IMG/VR virus record: IMGVR_UViG_3300027899_000001
Location: 334,373-398,372 of that record
Source: a virus
DNA: 64,000 nt
Strand: one strand, 5' to 3'
This document shows, piece after piece, positions 63,001 through 64,000 of the stretch (its first letter is position 1; the number at the start of each line of letters is the position of its first letter). The notes beneath the pieces are model-generated. The model was not told where the DNA came from, did not search any database, and saw nothing but the letters and a program-made list of their open reading frames with translations. Made by a program: the position numbers and the translations under genes.

Positions 63001-63898
63001 TAATTTAACTGGAACGTTAGATTTACGAGGACTTACGGGATTAGGTAAAGAATTTGCTGTTGGTAATAATCCAAATCTTACACAAATACTTAATCCAGAT
63101 TCATCACAAGTATTTACAGGTTATGCTGCGCAGGCGTGTAATTTAACTGATACTTTAGATTTAAGAGGACTTACGGGATTGGGAGGGCGTTTCAGTATTA
63201 GTACTAATCCTAATCTTACTCAAATACTTAATCCAGATTCATCTCAAGTATTTATTACTTATATAGCATATGGTTGTAATTTAACTGGAACTTTAGATGT
63301 AACAGGACTTACAGGATTAGGTGGAGAGTTTAAAGTATATAATAATCCAAATCTTACACAAATACTTAATCCAGATTCATCTCAAGTATTTACTGGTTAT
63401 GATGTAGATGCTTGTAATCTAACTGGAACCTTAGATTTAAGAGGACTTACAGGATTAGGTGGATACTTTGATGCTACTAATAATCCAAATCTTACTCAAA
63501 TACTCAATCCCGTTTCATCTCAAACATATGAATATGGTTATTATGCTTATGATTGTAATTTAACAGGTATTTTAGATGTTTCAGGACTTACTGGATTAGG
63601 CAGAGATTTTCAAGTTTATAACAATTCAAATCTAACATCGATATTATTACCTACTATAAATCAAGAATTTAGTCAATTTCATGCTTACGATTGTTCTTTA
63701 GATTCATTCACAGTTAACGATGTATTTGCAAAATTTGATACTTGGTATTCTAGCAATCCGCCAACGCAAAGTTTACAAATTTATTTGAAAGGTGGAAATA
63801 ATGCATCTCCAACAGACGGATCTTCTAACACAAATATCGTTCATTTAGAATCTATATTTAGTGGAGCTGGAAAAACATTTACTTATAATATCAACTGA
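57026..63898 (+). CDS. giant (2290 aa) repeat adhesin / tail-fibre protein with three tandem LRR-array modules and a DUF285 (BspA-type) block
   Basis: Dozens of about 42-aa repeats (LTGTLDVSGLTGLGGDFQVNNNPNLTQILNPDSSQVF..YAYDCNL); the DUF285-like repeat MFxxCxxFNQxVSNFDTSNVTNM occurs 8 times (about 59.2-59.9 kb); each of the three modules starts with a homologous head (FVTNA..D.SIG....W..DAS.....S..H.Y...GNKTV.VY) and ends with a conserved cap (DCSLD.FTVND.F.K.DTWYSSN.PT). Confidence 0.7.
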   Translation: MKSIILRYLGKILRFANKVFRVPHYNLVLEFVTNAGIGQTFDASIGVIPDIILKWDLGDASTVFANSVNHNYTYNGNKTVKVYSDNVNDITAIIQRVGGTSGTFITGTLDISALTNLNSLFIYEASLNKILNPVSSQVFRYYSILDSGLTGTLDVSGLTGLGGDFEVYNNPNLTQILNPDSSQVFTSYYAYDCNLTGILDISGLTGLGGDFEVYNNPNLTQILNPDSSQVFEYYFAYDCNLTRTLDLRGLIGLGGQFDVAPSPNLIEILNPDSSQLFTGYYAYDCSLNGTLDLRGLTGLGGDFQVNNNPNLTHILNPDSSQVFVGYYAYQCNLTDTLDLRGLTGLGGYFGVDNNPNLTQILNPNSSQVFYWYMAYDCDLTGTLDVSGLTGLSGDFQVNNNPNLTQIFNPTSSQIFNTYYAYDCSLNGTLDVSGLTGLCGRFHVYNNRNLTQILNPDSSQVFTRYWAYQCNLTGTLDLRGLTGLGGDFEVFDNPNLTQILNPDSSQLFTWYVACNCNLTGTLDVSSLSGLGGWYHRFDIHNNPNLTSILLPTASLEFVYFHAYDCSLDLFTVNDIFAKLNTWYSSNTPTYSLYVNLSGGKNMPPTGSYSNSDIVSLYSIFAGAGQTLEIIINQEEFITKWKTDNDGSTNSTSIGIPTTGSGYDCSIFWGDGSIGSYTGSPELITHDYGEASTYTVKISGTFPRIFFNYENDCLKLVELVNWGVGEWDSMEAAFAGCENMVATYVDVPRTSSVTNMVAMFDSCYLFNGKVDFDTSNVTNMDGILSSCYLFNQSVSKFNTLNVTNMFMMFNYCFAFNQLVSNFDTSNVTNMAAMFNSCYLFNQSVSNFDTSKVTRMDYMFAYCFAFNQLVSNFDTSNVTNMDGILSSCYLFNQSVSNFDTSKVTRMDYMFAGCYVFNQSLVNFDTSKVIDMQYMFYDASSFNQSLATFNVQDVSYMDDMLNGANAWSTPNYDSTLIAWAGETSTYTDNFESYAVDTSLAGNSRWFELDNWLSPMIRDVSSNKVISFEEDWRISGIDVSSKDIAVSFKFISTYTEETTYFMISIFGNIEYTSAGIWLVWANDGVYVYFRMFGESAAYGQLLRTIPYNNGDIVTITKNGSYVNFYCNGVIDSSFGQHSLHPEWGDKGEYIISNIDTSNGVIWIEGTENAGHSFQVDDFSIIATNLQPNVNFHAGDAMYTWGAPTVSRGILTSPPNNWTITDGGQLPIFQFVTNASTDIFDPSIGVSAGTLVWDLDDASSAVVANSLEHTYTSAGNKTVTIYAGSVSEYSSITSIEINTDNIVGVLDISSFYNLGSWFTASRNSLLTHILNPDSSQVFDIGYAAYGCDLTGTLDVSGLTGLGGYFDVDSNSNLTQILNPFSSQVFTYYYAYSCDLTGTLDLQGLTGLGGEFQVFNNSNLTSILNPDSSQIFDGYSARDCSLAGTLDLRSLTNLGGLTQWIEFEKNSNLTQILFPNSPQPIKEGLSAWNCNLTGTLDISGLTGLGGWFSVSSNPNLTQILNPVSFQIFTWYSARNCNLTGTLDLTGLTGLGGVFHADSNSNLTQILNPDSSQIFNTYFAYNCNLTGTLDVSGLTGLSGDFQVNNNPNLTQILNPDSSQVFIYYYAYNCSLSGTLDVSGLTSLGGEFDVYNNPNLIQILFPDSSQVFTDFALSSNNLTGTLDLTGLTGFCKWFYAHNNPNLIQILNPDSSQIFEIYWAHDCNLTGILDVSSLTGLGGDFKIYNNSNLTSILLPTINQEFTTFNANNCALDASAVDDILYKLDTWYSSNPPTTTLTLNLADGNNMSPTDGSSNANLIHLQSVFTSAGKTLNASINDYIFKLVTDASSRAFDPTITTSAGTLHWDLGDGYIIDSNNFSYNYTLPGNKTVKVYKGTTNGRSGITQIILDEDNLIGTLDLRGLTKLQGYFTVAYNSNLTRILNPVSSEVFTTYHAYFSNLTGTLDVSGLTGLGGYFNVGINPNLTQILNPVSSQLFNEYYVYSSNLTGTLDLRGLTGLGKEFAVGNNPNLTQILNPDSSQVFTGYAAQACNLTDTLDLRGLTGLGGRFSISTNPNLTQILNPDSSQVFITYIAYGCNLTGTLDVTGLTGLGGEFKVYNNPNLTQILNPDSSQVFTGYDVDACNLTGTLDLRGLTGLGGYFDATNNPNLTQILNPVSSQTYEYGYYAYDCNLTGILDVSGLTGLGRDFQVYNNSNLTSILLPTINQEFSQFHAYDCSLDSFTVNDVFAKFDTWYSSNPPTQSLQIYLKGGNNASPTDGSSNTNIVHLESIFSGAGKTFTYNIN

Positions 63899-64000
63899 CA
63901 TCAATCAACCAAATAAAAAGAAATATATAAAATAAATTAAAGTAATTTTTTCTATAACTTAAGTAACTTTCATTCAAATTGATAACACAGAATCTTACTT

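Overview
This 64 kb window is AT-rich (roughly 25-30% GC by eye) and looks like part of a large tailed phage with several T4-like genes. From 0 to about 48 kb the genes are almost all on the minus strand, tightly packed and often overlapping start and stop by 4 bp (ATGA or TTGA). From 49 kb to 64 kb the genes switch to the plus strand and encode tail-fibre or adhesin proteins. The content is: about 20 tRNA genes in four clusters, with freestanding homing-endonuclease genes interleaved between them. The endonucleases are one GIY-YIG, two HNH, and two zinc-finger nuclease families of the PD-(D/E)XK and DUF559 types. There is a T4-like replication and nucleotide set: RNase H/FEN, a gp44-type clamp-loader subunit, dCMP deaminase, thioredoxin and a cold-shock protein. 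There is a complete PncA-PncB-NadE NAD salvage operon alongside NADAR-like, Nudix, HD, PTP and HAD hydrolases. A GC-rich, Shine-Dalgarno-bearing gene for a Ro60/TROVE+vWA protein (rsr) appears to be a horizontally acquired island. Other genes include an SPFH/NfeD pair, a PTH2-type peptidyl-tRNA hydrolase, an Hfq-like Sm ORF, lipoprotein and outer-membrane beta-barrel genes, and a GH73-like peptidoglycan hydrolase. The tail-fibre block holds a 1295 aa collagen-repeat fibre with a C-terminal S74 chaperone domain and a 2290 aa LRR/DUF285 repeat adhesin. Most genes lack Shine-Dalgarno sequences, which suggests a host such as Bacteroidetes that does not rely on them. Three things look most unusual. 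First, a family of at least 9 paralogous proteins share a selected N-terminal peptide, (M)KIVREHINEKFxEESDPIxDMGIG, followed by unrelated C-termini, and they are clustered with a papain-like protease. Second, a tRNA with an apparent CUA (amber) anticodon sits alongside two genes whose only ATG starts are followed within 1-2 codons by an in-frame TAG. Third, a roughly 45 bp conserved promoter-like motif is present at least 15 times immediately upstream of start codons. All coordinates and anticodon calls were read by eye and should be re-derived computationally.
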